DNA from: a virus
Length of the DNA stretch: 64,000 nt
Virus record (IMG/VR): IMGVR_UViG_3300025288_000012
Span: 126,919 to 190,918 of that record
Reading direction: 5' to 3' (one strand)
Shown piece by piece: positions 38,341-47,717 of the stretch (position 1 is the stretch's first letter; every line of letters begins with the position of its first letter). The notes under the pieces are model-generated. The model made no database searches. It was not told the DNA's origin and saw only the letters and a program-made list of their open reading frames with translations. Position numbers and translations under genes: made by a program.

Positions 38341-39512
38341 AAAACATACGCTTGACCTCACTACCTGATTTTGAAAACGTAGTAAACCTCAAACAATACT
38401 TTGTGATGTTTGATGGTCTGCGTAACATAGAGTACGATCTTGCTTTCTCAGTCTTCTCCAAGTATCACTGTACGTCAGGGTGCAAGATATGCTACATACA
38501 GGACATATGGCAATCAGACTACTACGATAAGTCGAAGGATCCACTCACAAAAGACGTTCTTGAGTTCTTCAGTTACTTCGAGCTCATATGCACGACCGAT
38601 GACCTATACTTTATATGGCAGGAGCATCCTCGCCTATTCGAGTGGTACCAAGCTAATGGCTCAGTCTTCTCCTCTAGTGCCATGACTGACAATGCCTTTG
38701 TTCGGCAGTGGCAGATACTACTAAACCAGGTGAATTTCAAAAACATCAGCGAGATTTCCTTCTCCGAAGAGTTCCTCGCTACCAACAACTGGCGTACTGC
38801 AAAATGGGTTGTACCTAGGGTTGCAGAGCTGGCCCGCAAATACCGCATACTTAAGATAAAGGTCATCGTCAGCAAGGCCTCACCTAGCAAGGAAAGTATC
38901 GCGTTCCTGAGGGAAATGCGAGAGCTAGGCGTATCAACCACTGATGTGTACGACGACATTAGGCTGAGTCGGAACATTCGCCACGGTGAGACTGACTCTG
39001 CAGGTATTGACTACGATGGAAATAGGGTGGACTACTACGGTTCAACGTATCCTTTGTTCACTGAGTCTTGCTACCTCCAGCAATCAAAGGTCTATTCGTT
39101 ACTGTCCGATTCTACCTCAGGATCTAATCACTTCTACGAACTTGGTAATGGTTTTGACCCCAGCAAGTTCATTGTGGCAGTACTTCAATCCAAAAAGCAG
39201 TCGTACGCTCGGTATGCTGCGGCTTTGAAAGGTAAAGTGTCTAACAAGCACACTGACTACTTCAACTATTTGGCAGGAAATTTGACCGTCAATCCAGACT
39301 TCAATTTCATACCGTCTGTAATGCTGAGCGCACACTCAACTTTCTACAGTCGTCTATGCGAGCATGGATTCATTGACACTAAGTTTGGACTAGTTTCATC
39401 CAAGGCGTTAGCCAACAAGGAAACCCTAGTGCCTCCCATATCATTACCAGCTTCAAAGCAGAAGCTTGAGTACTTTCAGGTCAAGTGTCAAAAAGGACGT
39501 CCCCAATGTTAG
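38337..39512 (+). CDS. Divergent radical SAM-like protein 3
   Basis: CTSGCKIC (CxxxCxxC) present; GGE motif and SPASM Cys not evident; ATGA overlap with the upstream gene. Confidence 0.7.
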   Translation: MKNIRLTSLPDFENVVNLKQYFVMFDGLRNIEYDLAFSVFSKYHCTSGCKICYIQDIWQSDYYDKSKDPLTKDVLEFFSYFELICTTDDLYFIWQEHPRLFEWYQANGSVFSSSAMTDNAFVRQWQILLNQVNFKNISEISFSEEFLATNNWRTAKWVVPRVAELARKYRILKIKVIVSKASPSKESIAFLREMRELGVSTTDVYDDIRLSRNIRHGETDSAGIDYDGNRVDYYGSTYPLFTESCYLQQSKVYSLLSDSTSGSNHFYELGNGFDPSKFIVAVLQSKKQSYARYAAALKGKVSNKHTDYFNYLAGNLTVNPDFNFIPSVMLSAHSTFYSRLCEHGFIDTKFGLVSSKALANKETLVPPISLPASKQKLEYFQVKCQKGRPQC

Positions 39513-40777
39513 TGCCGTTTAAGACTGCGTCTGGTGTAAGCTTCTTCCTAGATAACCAGGCAATGACGTTGTACAAAGGTGACAAGACTAGCAAGCTATT
39601 TGAGCCCGCAACACCAGTTGACCCATCACTGATCGGAAGATTCAATCACCTTACGAAGTCCAATCTGCCGGAAACCCTTAGGATAAGTCTTGGGCAGGCT
39701 TGCAACTACAGCTGCAACTATTGCAGCCAGAAAGACCTTGGTGACCCATCAGAGCGCCCTCCTCGTTTGGCCTCAATGACCTTCCTGGACAGCGTTAACA
39801 AGAATCTCGACCTTAGCCACATAAAGAAAATTGAGCTCTGGGGTGGAGAGACCTTGCTGTACTGGAATGACATAGTCAACATAATGGACAACCTAGACAG
39901 GGAAGACCTTTCGTGGTACATACCCACAAATGGCACACCACTTCAGATGAAGCACGTAGAGTACCTGTCCAACCTTAAGGGAAGAGTAGGAATTGGTATC
40001 TCGCATGACGGACCCGGACACGAGAAGCTTAGAGGCAAGGAATTCCTTCACAAGAAGATCGACGTGCTTAAGGCTATTCAGGAAACTAGAGGCAAGGTTC
40101 AGTTCAGCTTCAATCCGGTAATAAGCGCTACAAACTATAATCTCATGGAGTTCAACAACTTCTTCAAAGCCTTCCTGTACGCTGCTGGTCTTGACAAAGT
40201 ATCAATGAACTTCGAGCTGTGCAGAGCATATGGTGATCAGGGCAGCTCCGAGAATGTTATCAAAGGTGATGACTTACCTTTGTACCGTGATGCACTTCGT
40301 TTGTTCCTAGACGCCCATTTGGAGCAGTTCAGAACCGCGGGGTACACAAGAGATGGTGAAATGCTTATGACTAATCTGTTCCACACAGGCATAGGTGTTA
40401 TACCTCTGTCCAGGTCTTTCCGCAATGAAACTGTTCCTCTAACAAGCACTAACTGTGGGGTCGATGACTCCAAACTGCTAAGCTTGGAACTGAATGGTTC
40501 TGTCAAAGTCTGCCAGAACACTGACTCCCGTTATTCAAAAGGCAACATAGCGGCCTTACAAGACGTGGTAATGACGGGCGTTAAGTATCGAGTGAACTCA
40601 GTGTGTAAGGACTGCACTGTAGTTAGACTATGCAAAGGCAGCTGCCCTATTGATACTGGGGACGAAAATTTCCAGATTAACCACAACGTCGAGCTTGTGC
40701 ATTACACTGAAGTTCTGTTGGCCTCACTACGCTTGTTGTTCAGGCAAGACGTAGAACTTCAAGGAAGTATACCATGA
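39506..40777 (+). CDS. Radical SAM/SPASM enzyme 4
   Basis: CNYSCNYC; LWGGET; PTNG; ISHDG; CG..C / CKDC..CKGSCP. Confidence 0.92.
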   Translation: MLVPFKTASGVSFFLDNQAMTLYKGDKTSKLFEPATPVDPSLIGRFNHLTKSNLPETLRISLGQACNYSCNYCSQKDLGDPSERPPRLASMTFLDSVNKNLDLSHIKKIELWGGETLLYWNDIVNIMDNLDREDLSWYIPTNGTPLQMKHVEYLSNLKGRVGIGISHDGPGHEKLRGKEFLHKKIDVLKAIQETRGKVQFSFNPVISATNYNLMEFNNFFKAFLYAAGLDKVSMNFELCRAYGDQGSSENVIKGDDLPLYRDALRLFLDAHLEQFRTAGYTRDGEMLMTNLFHTGIGVIPLSRSFRNETVPLTSTNCGVDDSKLLSLELNGSVKVCQNTDSRYSKGNIAALQDVVMTGVKYRVNSVCKDCTVVRLCKGSCPIDTGDENFQINHNVELVHYTEVLLASLRLLFRQDVELQGSIP

Positions 40778-41571
40778 CACTATACGAATTTGCCAAGTAC
40801 GTTGAGTCGTTAGCTGGAATCCGGAATCTCGACGAACTCAATCCAGTTGAAATTCGTCTGTCAAACCCTATAACTGCTGCGTCTGTAATTGTCATAGCCA
40901 GCGTACGAGAGCCTAAGTCTGTACTCATTCCTCTAAATGGAATATGGGTGTGTTGTGACCCCAGAGGAGTGAACTACCTCAAGGTGTACAGGCTCGTATC
41001 CTTTGTCCCAAGTGCATCGTTCGAGTACACGTGGGAAGAGCAAGACAACCCAAATGACATCTACGACTACACGCAGTCGTACGCACTTCCTTCTGGTGAA
41101 GTCGGTCCTCCTGGTCCAGCTGGTCCTCCTGGTTCAGCTGGTCCTCAAGGTGCTAAAGGCGACAAGGGAGACAAGGGTGACACTGGAAACGTTGGTCCTC
41201 AAGGCCAGCTAGGACCTGTTGGTCCTCGTGGTTTTGTTGGACCGCCTGGACCTGTTGGTCCCGCGGGTGAAAGTAGCACGGGTATAGAGCTTGCATCTCA
41301 GCAAGTTGGTGCCTATGTTGCGAACCACGTATACCAGAACAACTCCGGCACAACGTTGGTATTCATGATTACTGACCAAGGAGCCTACGGTATAGGTACC
41401 ACGTTCTATATAGGGCCAGCCTCACCTCCAGATATGGTGGCGGGTTCCTATGGGCGTGGAAGTGCCACGTCTTCGCATAGCGGCTGGTCTATGACCGTTT
41501 TTGTGCCGAATGGTTGGTATTTTCAGCTGCAAGGTCAATGTACTTCTTGGTTGGAGGCCTCTTTTTCCTAA
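40774..41571 (+). CDS. Collagen-like (Gly-X-Y) fibre protein
   Basis: About 19 GXY triplets; N-terminal domain shared with 61474-63177; C-terminal domain shared with 31674-32339. Confidence 0.85.
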   Translation: MTLYEFAKYVESLAGIRNLDELNPVEIRLSNPITAASVIVIASVREPKSVLIPLNGIWVCCDPRGVNYLKVYRLVSFVPSASFEYTWEEQDNPNDIYDYTQSYALPSGEVGPPGPAGPPGSAGPQGAKGDKGDKGDTGNVGPQGQLGPVGPRGFVGPPGPVGPAGESSTGIELASQQVGAYVANHVYQNNSGTTLVFMITDQGAYGIGTTFYIGPASPPDMVAGSYGRGSATSSHSGWSMTVFVPNGWYFQLQGQCTSWLEASFS

Positions 41572-41613
41572 CCACGAGTATGATAATTTTGTGGTATTGA
41601 AAAGGAGATTCAA

Positions 41614-41976
41614 ATGCCCGTAACTCAGAAGCTTAAGCAAGAGGCTAAAGGATTTGTCCAGAGCTATAAAGGACCTTTCCACTCACTTAACGATACCATG
41701 CGAATCCTGATGATGGTAGTTGTAGCAGGGTTGCTGTTTTACCCTGACTTCACCATGCTCAGAATTGTGCAGTACGTTCTAGGCATTCAGGTAGCACTGA
41801 GCCTGATTTCCCACGTGACCCGCAAAATGCTCTTCCCCAAGGTTGACATTGATGTGTTCTTCGAGAAGTCTAAGGAAGAGCCTATGAGTGCAGCCATAGC
41901 GATTCTGGCGGTTTCAATGGTGCTAGCGACCCTGATCTTTGTGTCTGGTCACTTGTTCGGTGGTGTGGGTCAATGA
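41614..41976 (+). CDS. Putative holin
   Basis: Three hydrophobic segments; directly upstream of the endolysin; AAGGAG RBS. Confidence 0.7.
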   Translation: MPVTQKLKQEAKGFVQSYKGPFHSLNDTMRILMMVVVAGLLFYPDFTMLRIVQYVLGIQVALSLISHVTRKMLFPKVDIDVFFEKSKEEPMSAAIAILAVSMVLATLIFVSGHLFGGVGQ

Positions 41977-42209
41977 AACTCTGGTGTATACTTACTCTGG
42001 TAGCGTTAACGGCACCAGTTGAGGCTACCGAGACTATACCACCTAGAGCAAAGCCGCTGTTGCCTACAGTTGTAGCGTCTATAAACAAGTACTGGCCTGA
42101 CTTGCCTTTGCGTTCGTTCATACCAGCCTTGAATGAGTTAGAGACCTGTATTTCTCTAACTCATTCAAGGTGCGGGTCCAGCAAGGCGGAGCTCAAGACT
42201 AAGAAGTGA
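41973..42209 (+). pseudogene. Truncated endolysin copy (signal peptide plus first ~55 aa)
   Basis: KYWPDLPLRSFIPAL..LETCISL.HSRC..KAELKT then a stop; homologous to the start of the mature domain of 42374-43144. Confidence 0.8.
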
Positions 42210-42213
42210 GCCG

Positions 42214-42513
42214 GTGAGATCAAGGATCTCAGCTTCTGCAGCAAAGATGTATAGGAAAAATCTGTCAGTTCTCGAAGCCATGAAGAAAGGTAGGGCAAAG
42301 GCCCAAAAGGAACGCGATTATTATTCCCAGATAAGTCGTACACTGGGAGGAAAGGAAGTAGAGGTTAACCGAAATGGTAAAGTACGAATTTTTAGGTCTC
42401 AGAGGCAAGCCGCGTTTTATCTCAAGTGTCATCCTCTTGTTGTCAATAATGTTCTTCACCACAAACGCGGCGTATTCTCAGAGTCTATCAAGCTCCGATT
42501 CCTTAATACTTAG
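42214..42513 (+). mobile_element. Homing-endonuclease remnant (NUMOD1/IENR1-like DNA-binding domain, no nuclease domain)
   Basis: KEVEV..NGKVRIFRSQRQAAFYLK....VNNVL....G pattern; basic N-terminus; in-frame stop at 42157 rules out an upstream nuclease domain. Confidence 0.6.
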
Positions 42514-43144
42514 CAAGTATCTTCCCTACAAGGACATGATAAATGAAAATATGACTAGGTACTGGCCTGACTTGCCTTTGCGTTCGTTCCTTCCAGCACT
42601 TGTAGAAAAAGAAACTTGTATATCGGCAAAGCACAAATTCTGTTGGAGTCCAACCGCAGAACTAAAGACTAGTCGAGAATACGGCTTCGGGTGGGGCCAA
42701 TTCACTGTAGCGTACGACGCTGCCGGATCCGTACGCTTCAATGCGTGGGAAGACGCGAAGAACTCCCATAAGGATCTAGCTAATTGGGAATGGGCTGATC
42801 GTCTAAATCCAATCTTGACTATCAAGGCAATAACAATAAAGAACAGTGTAGCGTGGCGCAAGGCCACGTTCCCAACTGCTACACCTATTGATAGACTGGC
42901 CTTCGTTGTGTCTGCCTACAATGGTGGTTCTACCTATAAGGATCGCATTCTCTGCTCTCGGACGAAGAACTGCGATTCCGCCAGGTGGTTCAAACAACCT
43001 GGCAAGCTAGCAGTTGCAGATGTTAGCACAAAGTCCAGAGTACCCGTTAAAGGCTATGGCCAATCCTTCTACGACATAAATCGAGGTTACGTGGTTCATG
43101 TTCTGACTAAACGTAACCTCAAGTACATTCCTTATACAGGGTGA
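42374..43144 (+). CDS. Endolysin, lytic transglycosylase/SLT-like, with signal peptide
   Basis: VEKETC (catalytic Glu); YGFGWGQFT; SAYNGG; INRGYV. AGAGGT SD before ATG 42374; hydrophobic ISSVILLLSIMFFTTNAAYS. Confidence 0.85.
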   Translation: MVKYEFLGLRGKPRFISSVILLLSIMFFTTNAAYSQSLSSSDSLILSKYLPYKDMINENMTRYWPDLPLRSFLPALVEKETCISAKHKFCWSPTAELKTSREYGFGWGQFTVAYDAAGSVRFNAWEDAKNSHKDLANWEWADRLNPILTIKAITIKNSVAWRKATFPTATPIDRLAFVVSAYNGGSTYKDRILCSRTKNCDSARWFKQPGKLAVADVSTKSRVPVKGYGQSFYDINRGYVVHVLTKRNLKYIPYTG

Positions 43145-43147
43145 CCT

Positions 43148-44158
43148 ATGCCTGAAGCAATGTTAGACAATCTCCACAAGCAATTTGGAGTTCCTCTACC
43201 CAAGATAGAGAAGATGTGGGAGAAGGCAAAGCTAGTAGTTGAGAAGCAGAGTGCCGGTAAGAAAAACTATGCACTTGTAGTCCACATCTTGAAGAACATG
43301 GTGAGGGCTGCTTCAAAGAAATCATCTGTGTCTAAAGTGTGGCTCTCGGAGGCAGCCCAAAAGGCTAACTCCAAAGTCAAGCCGAAGAAGAAAGGCAAAG
43401 CTCCTGACTGGTGGACTAAGCTATCTGCGGAGCGTCAAAGTGCATACCTGAAGATGCACCGTAACTCCTCAATGGTTGGTGTGCTAAAGGAAAATCTGAA
43501 GCCGATTAAGGATAAGAAGGCAGCCCCTTCAGCTGAGACTAAGGCCAAGTCGAAGCCTACTGGTACAGACTCACTTAGGTCTGTCTCACTTAGGTCTGTG
43601 GTTGACACGCGTACTGAAAGTGAAGTTGAGGCTGATAAGAAGGAAGTAGCTCGGCAGGAGAAGGTTGCTGAAACTGCTACTGCTAGCCCTGTCAACCCTA
43701 CGCAGAAACAACGCTCTGTATTCCGCAATCTCTTTAGTGCAGGCAGCAAAGCAATTAGGAGCGTTCATAGCTCAGTTAAGACTTTCATAGGTGGACCTAT
43801 TGAACGGGCCAACGATGCACTTCAGCGCTACTCTGAAGCAGAGGACAATAAAGGCTCAGGTCCAGATGGTCTGGAAGATGACGAAGAACCTGTAGAGCAG
43901 AAGAAGTCAAAAGCTATGGGCATCTTGGGTAAGATTGCAGTTGCTGCGTTAGTAGCAGGTATCGGTGTGGGAGTATTCATGCTTGCTCCTTCGTTTGCAC
44001 CAACACTTGCTGAAATGTACTTCGCTCATGGGCGTTCTCTGAGTGCTTCCTCAAAGTTTCCGACAACGGTTGATGACTTGACTAAGGACTTCGTTGACTG
44101 GCTAAGTCATCAAGACGTTGAGAAACTGGTTGCAGAACACAAGGGTGAATCGAAATGA
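43148..44158 (+). CDS. Basic virion/internal protein with one hydrophobic segment
   Basis: WW..LS...Q..YL..H..S motif as in the 7802 ORF; RAASK and SLSASS sites; C-terminal hydrophobic helix. Confidence 0.7.
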   Translation: MPEAMLDNLHKQFGVPLPKIEKMWEKAKLVVEKQSAGKKNYALVVHILKNMVRAASKKSSVSKVWLSEAAQKANSKVKPKKKGKAPDWWTKLSAERQSAYLKMHRNSSMVGVLKENLKPIKDKKAAPSAETKAKSKPTGTDSLRSVSLRSVVDTRTESEVEADKKEVARQEKVAETATASPVNPTQKQRSVFRNLFSAGSKAIRSVHSSVKTFIGGPIERANDALQRYSEAEDNKGSGPDGLEDDEEPVEQKKSKAMGILGKIAVAALVAGIGVGVFMLAPSFAPTLAEMYFAHGRSLSASSKFPTTVDDLTKDFVDWLSHQDVEKLVAEHKGESK

Positions 44159-44850
44159 GTAGTTTTTCTACCAACATAAATCTTTTGGACTTCGCCATAA
44201 CCCAGAAGATACATGCGATATCACTTGGATACACTGACCTAAACCCAGTACGATGGAATACTCTTGGACCTACGTACCAGGACGCCATCTACTCTGGTTC
44301 AGTTCGTAGGTTAATAGTTGCCTCTGCGAATTCTCCAGTATTTCCGTTTGGCACTAACCCAATTATCTGGTTCAATCCATCCACCTACACATTCTACAAG
44401 AGCACTAACTGGAAAGGTGGAACAACGTGGGAAGTTGTTTCGTCATTCATGGAGCTGTTCTCTGAGAACACAAGTGGCATAGGTGGATCAAACAACTCCG
44501 GCTTCGTTAATGGTGTTGCACAAGTTTCAGTAACCTTAATAGGCTCTCCTGCTGATCCTAATGAGGCCGCAAATAAAGCTTACGTTGACCTTGCAATTGC
44601 AGGAGTAGCTAGCGGTGCAGGAGGAGCCTTGTATGGCGAGCCAGTACAATCAATAGCAGACCTGAGAGCTATCGACGTCTCAGGTCTACCTGATAAACAT
44701 ATGCGGTTATGTGAAGACGCGCATAAAATCTACTCGTATGACCTACAATCCACTGGGATTCCGGACAACGTGTACATCGTAGCGCCTCTAGCTGGAACTG
44801 GTCGTTGGATTGCAGCTAATCCTATGGTTCTAGACGGCGGCGTTATCTAA
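44155..44850 (+). CDS. Virion/fibre protein
   Basis: ANKAYVD; PVQ..DL....DK.MRL.ED..IY domain shared with the next gene; DGG C-terminus. Confidence 0.75.
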   Translation: MSSFSTNINLLDFAITQKIHAISLGYTDLNPVRWNTLGPTYQDAIYSGSVRRLIVASANSPVFPFGTNPIIWFNPSTYTFYKSTNWKGGTTWEVVSSFMELFSENTSGIGGSNNSGFVNGVAQVSVTLIGSPADPNEAANKAYVDLAIAGVASGAGGALYGEPVQSIADLRAIDVSGLPDKHMRLCEDAHKIYSYDLQSTGIPDNVYIVAPLAGTGRWIAANPMVLDGGVI

Positions 44851-44887
44851 CCAAATTTACCTCAATCCTTTTTTTTGGAGAAACAAC

Positions 44888-46087
44888 ATGTCGAACAGAC
44901 TTCAGCTTCGTAGAACTACCACCCCGGGCGTGCCCCTTCTGGCTTCGTTGTTGACCGCTGAAATGGCGATCAACCTGACTGACAATGACGTTTACTACAG
45001 CAATGGTAGCGCCGTCATTCAGTTGAACGCTGCCGCCAACATCCGTACCGATGCAAACCATCGCTTCGTTACCGATGCAGACATCAGCTCGTGGAACACT
45101 CCGTATATCTTGCCTGTTGCAGATGCGACTACGCTGGGTGGCGTCAAGATCGGTTCCAACATCCAGGTTGATGTGGACGGTACCATTAACCTGAGTGTTG
45201 CCAACACGACTACTCTTGGTCTGTTGAGTGCTGCTGACTGGAACACCTTCAACGGCAAGCAAGATGCACTGGGTTATGTACCAGTCAATCAGGCTGGCGA
45301 CACCATGATGGGTAACCTGGTGCTGGCCGGTGCTCCTACCGCAGCCAATGAAGCCGCTACCAAAGCCTACACCGATGCGGGCGACCTGCTGAACCTTCCG
45401 TTGACTGGTGGCACCATGTCTGGTGCCTTGATCCTGAACGGCGCTCCGGTTGTTGGTCTTGGTGCTGCTACCAAGGACTACGTTGACAGTGCCGTTAGCG
45501 ATATCAGCGGCTCTTACGCTCCTCCGGTGCAAACTCTGGTTGACCTGTCCGCGCTGGTTCCTGCTGGCTTGGAAGACAAGCAGATGCGTCTGGTTGAGGA
45601 TTCGGGTGCCATCTACCGCTTTGATACCACCTCTACTGACACCGCTGACGGTGTGGACGTCATCATCCCCGATACGTTGCCTTCAACCGGTCGTTGGATC
45701 AAGGTTCAAGCTGCTACTCAGAACCACAATGCACTGAACGGTCTGCAAGGTGGTGCTCTGAATGACTACCTGCACTTGACCTCTGCTGAGAAGAACGGCT
45801 ACGACGCCCACCTGGCCGATGGCGTTATCCACCTTACGGGCGCGCAGTCCACCTGGTTGGGTAACATCAACGCGTCCGCTGCGGAAGTGAACTATCTGGT
45901 CGGCGTTACTTCCGCCATCCAGACTCAGTTGGACGGCAAGCAATCCGATCTGGGTTACGTGCCTGTTAACAAAGCCGGTGACACCATGCTGGGTGACCTG
46001 GTTCTTGCCTCAGATCCGTCCAGCGCGATGATGCCTGTGACGCTGCAATACCTGCAGAGCTACGTCGTTGACGGCGGTCAGTTTTAA
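44888..46087 (+). CDS. Fibre protein with YVPVN.AGDTM.G.L.L..P...ATK.YVD repeats
   Basis: Classic fibre repeats; MCP-like codon bias suggesting high copy number. Confidence 0.85.
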   Translation: MSNRLQLRRTTTPGVPLLASLLTAEMAINLTDNDVYYSNGSAVIQLNAAANIRTDANHRFVTDADISSWNTPYILPVADATTLGGVKIGSNIQVDVDGTINLSVANTTTLGLLSAADWNTFNGKQDALGYVPVNQAGDTMMGNLVLAGAPTAANEAATKAYTDAGDLLNLPLTGGTMSGALILNGAPVVGLGAATKDYVDSAVSDISGSYAPPVQTLVDLSALVPAGLEDKQMRLVEDSGAIYRFDTTSTDTADGVDVIIPDTLPSTGRWIKVQAATQNHNALNGLQGGALNDYLHLTSAEKNGYDAHLADGVIHLTGAQSTWLGNINASAAEVNYLVGVTSAIQTQLDGKQSDLGYVPVNKAGDTMLGDLVLASDPSSAMMPVTLQYLQSYVVDGGQF

Positions 46088-46102
46088 CCTCTGAGTAACA
46101 AG

Positions 46103-46325
46103 CTCATCTCGTAGGACAGGGCTGGCCAGCCTTTCCGTGTGCCATAGAGACACACAGATCACTACGCGATGAGACCTGGTCCACGAAGAACAGGGAGGAA
46201 CATGGTAGAAAAATTTCTACTACGTATCATCCCGCAAACGGAGTCTTGGAAACGTAGGCATACGCAAAATGCTACTAATGCGCGACAGTGCTAAGCTGTT
46301 GATCTACTTTTGACCTATATAGGTC
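46103..46325 (+). ncRNA. Hairpin-dense intergenic region; candidate structured RNA or leader
   Basis: Stems at 46103-46114/46162-46173, 46120-46131, 46205-46220 and 46312-46325; 30-aa ORF at 46202-46294 with GGGAGG SD. Confidence 0.35.
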
Positions 46326-46380
46326 GAATCGAAAATGCTGCTATCCCAACTAGCTTACATAAGCGAAAACAGAGGGCCAC

Positions 46381-47709
46381 ATGGCAAACAAAATTCAAGT
46401 CAAAAGAAGTTCAGTACCGGGTAAAATTCCAACTGTGTCAGATATTGGTGCCGGAGAACTTGCAGTAAACACTGCCGACTCTAGGATGTACTTCAGCACT
46501 GGTACTTCAGTTGAAGAGCTAGCAAGAGTGAAAGACATTGAAAACGTTGTTGGCACCGCTAACCAGATAACGATAACGGACGTTGTTGCGGGTAACACAC
46601 AAGTTGCTCTTGCTGCTAACGCTCAGATACCTGGACTCTCAGGTGTGTCTGTTCCTACTGGTGTAACAGCCGATCGTGCTGTTGCGGCGCCTGATGGAAC
46701 TATGCGATACAACTCTGAATTGCTTCAGCTTGAGGCTAAGATTCAAGGAACGTGGGAGCGTCTACTTTCGGGCTCTACTGACAATGCAGCAGTTGCTCTA
46801 CGAAGAACGATTACACAGAATGCTACTACAACTGACACTGCAGTTCCGTTCAATGTAATAGACCTTAACAACACACCGTCTGACTTTACCATAGCTCCTG
46901 CGTCAATAACGGTCCTGAAATCTGGACTGTATTTGATGGGCATCGAAGGTGAGACGATCCCCACTACTACTTCAGCACTGGTTTCTCACCAGATGAAGGT
47001 TAATGGTGTTGCAATACCTAACGGTCTTGTTACTATAAATTCCAGATCTACACGCATGACGGTAAGTAAGACCATACCGTATTACCTGAATGCAGGTGAT
47101 GTAGTTAGCGTCTCGGTATTTTCAAGCGCCGGCACGGGAACCGTACAAATAGGTTTCTCGATGTTGATCTGTAGTCTTCGTGGAACTCCCGGTCCTGCAG
47201 GTATGCCAGGTGGAACAACTACCTTGATGTATCCTGCTGCTACCTTTGACAACCCCAACAACACCAATTGGGTTATCAACGCACTGGCTCCTGTCACAGT
47301 TGATGGTACGAATAACTCACTGTCAGTACGAGCCTTCGATGACACCGTGGAAGAAGGTGTTGGTCTTACGGTTTACGTACCACCTTCTAGCAGCACACTT
47401 ACGTTCAATTTCACTTATCGTTGCGCCACTGCTCCAGCAACATCCCGTGCTGTTGCACTCTCTTTGTACTACAAGGTCATAAACCTAAATGCAGCTGTGG
47501 GTGCATGGTCTGCTAGACTTGCCGTTGCAAACGTTTCGACTTCGACTAATGCTTTCTACCAAGTACTTCAAGTGTCGCTTGATCTAGCTACACTTGGAAT
47601 AACTCCTGGTAACACGTACCAGTTCGAGCTGACTAGGAACTCACCATCCGCAACAGACACGCTAGCCGGTGATTTCCTATTGCTCAATACGTTGCTCTCC
47701 TTTACCTGA
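46381..47709 (+). CDS. Fibre/virion protein (C1q/TNF-like middle domain possible)
   Basis: IQVKRS..PT....GELAVNTAD..MYF N-terminus; G..RYN....LE; FN..D...SGLY. Confidence 0.75.
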   Translation: MANKIQVKRSSVPGKIPTVSDIGAGELAVNTADSRMYFSTGTSVEELARVKDIENVVGTANQITITDVVAGNTQVALAANAQIPGLSGVSVPTGVTADRAVAAPDGTMRYNSELLQLEAKIQGTWERLLSGSTDNAAVALRRTITQNATTTDTAVPFNVIDLNNTPSDFTIAPASITVLKSGLYLMGIEGETIPTTTSALVSHQMKVNGVAIPNGLVTINSRSTRMTVSKTIPYYLNAGDVVSVSVFSSAGTGTVQIGFSMLICSLRGTPGPAGMPGGTTTLMYPAATFDNPNNTNWVINALAPVTVDGTNNSLSVRAFDDTVEEGVGLTVYVPPSSSTLTFNFTYRCATAPATSRAVALSLYYKVINLNAAVGAWSARLAVANVSTSTNAFYQVLQVSLDLATLGITPGNTYQFELTRNSPSATDTLAGDFLLLNTLLSFT

Positions 47710-47717
47710 GAATAGCA

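Noticed and set aside
35643-40777. rSAMs as anaerobic RNR activase or queuosine/deazaguanine (QueE) DNA-modification enzymes
   Set aside because: Sizes, SPASM-like C-termini and context (Cys peptide, fibre genes, no nrdD/queC/folE nearby) fit peptide maturases better; not excluded without a search.
42210-42558. Group I intron in the endolysin
   Set aside because: Too short for a ribozyme core plus ORF, I could not see P/Q/R/S elements, and the flanks are duplicated rather than complementary exons. RT-PCR would settle it.
46225-46285. Definite c-di-GMP-I riboswitch call
   Set aside because: Only loose motif spacing; P1/P3 not convincingly identifiable by eye. Kept only as part of the structured-region lead.
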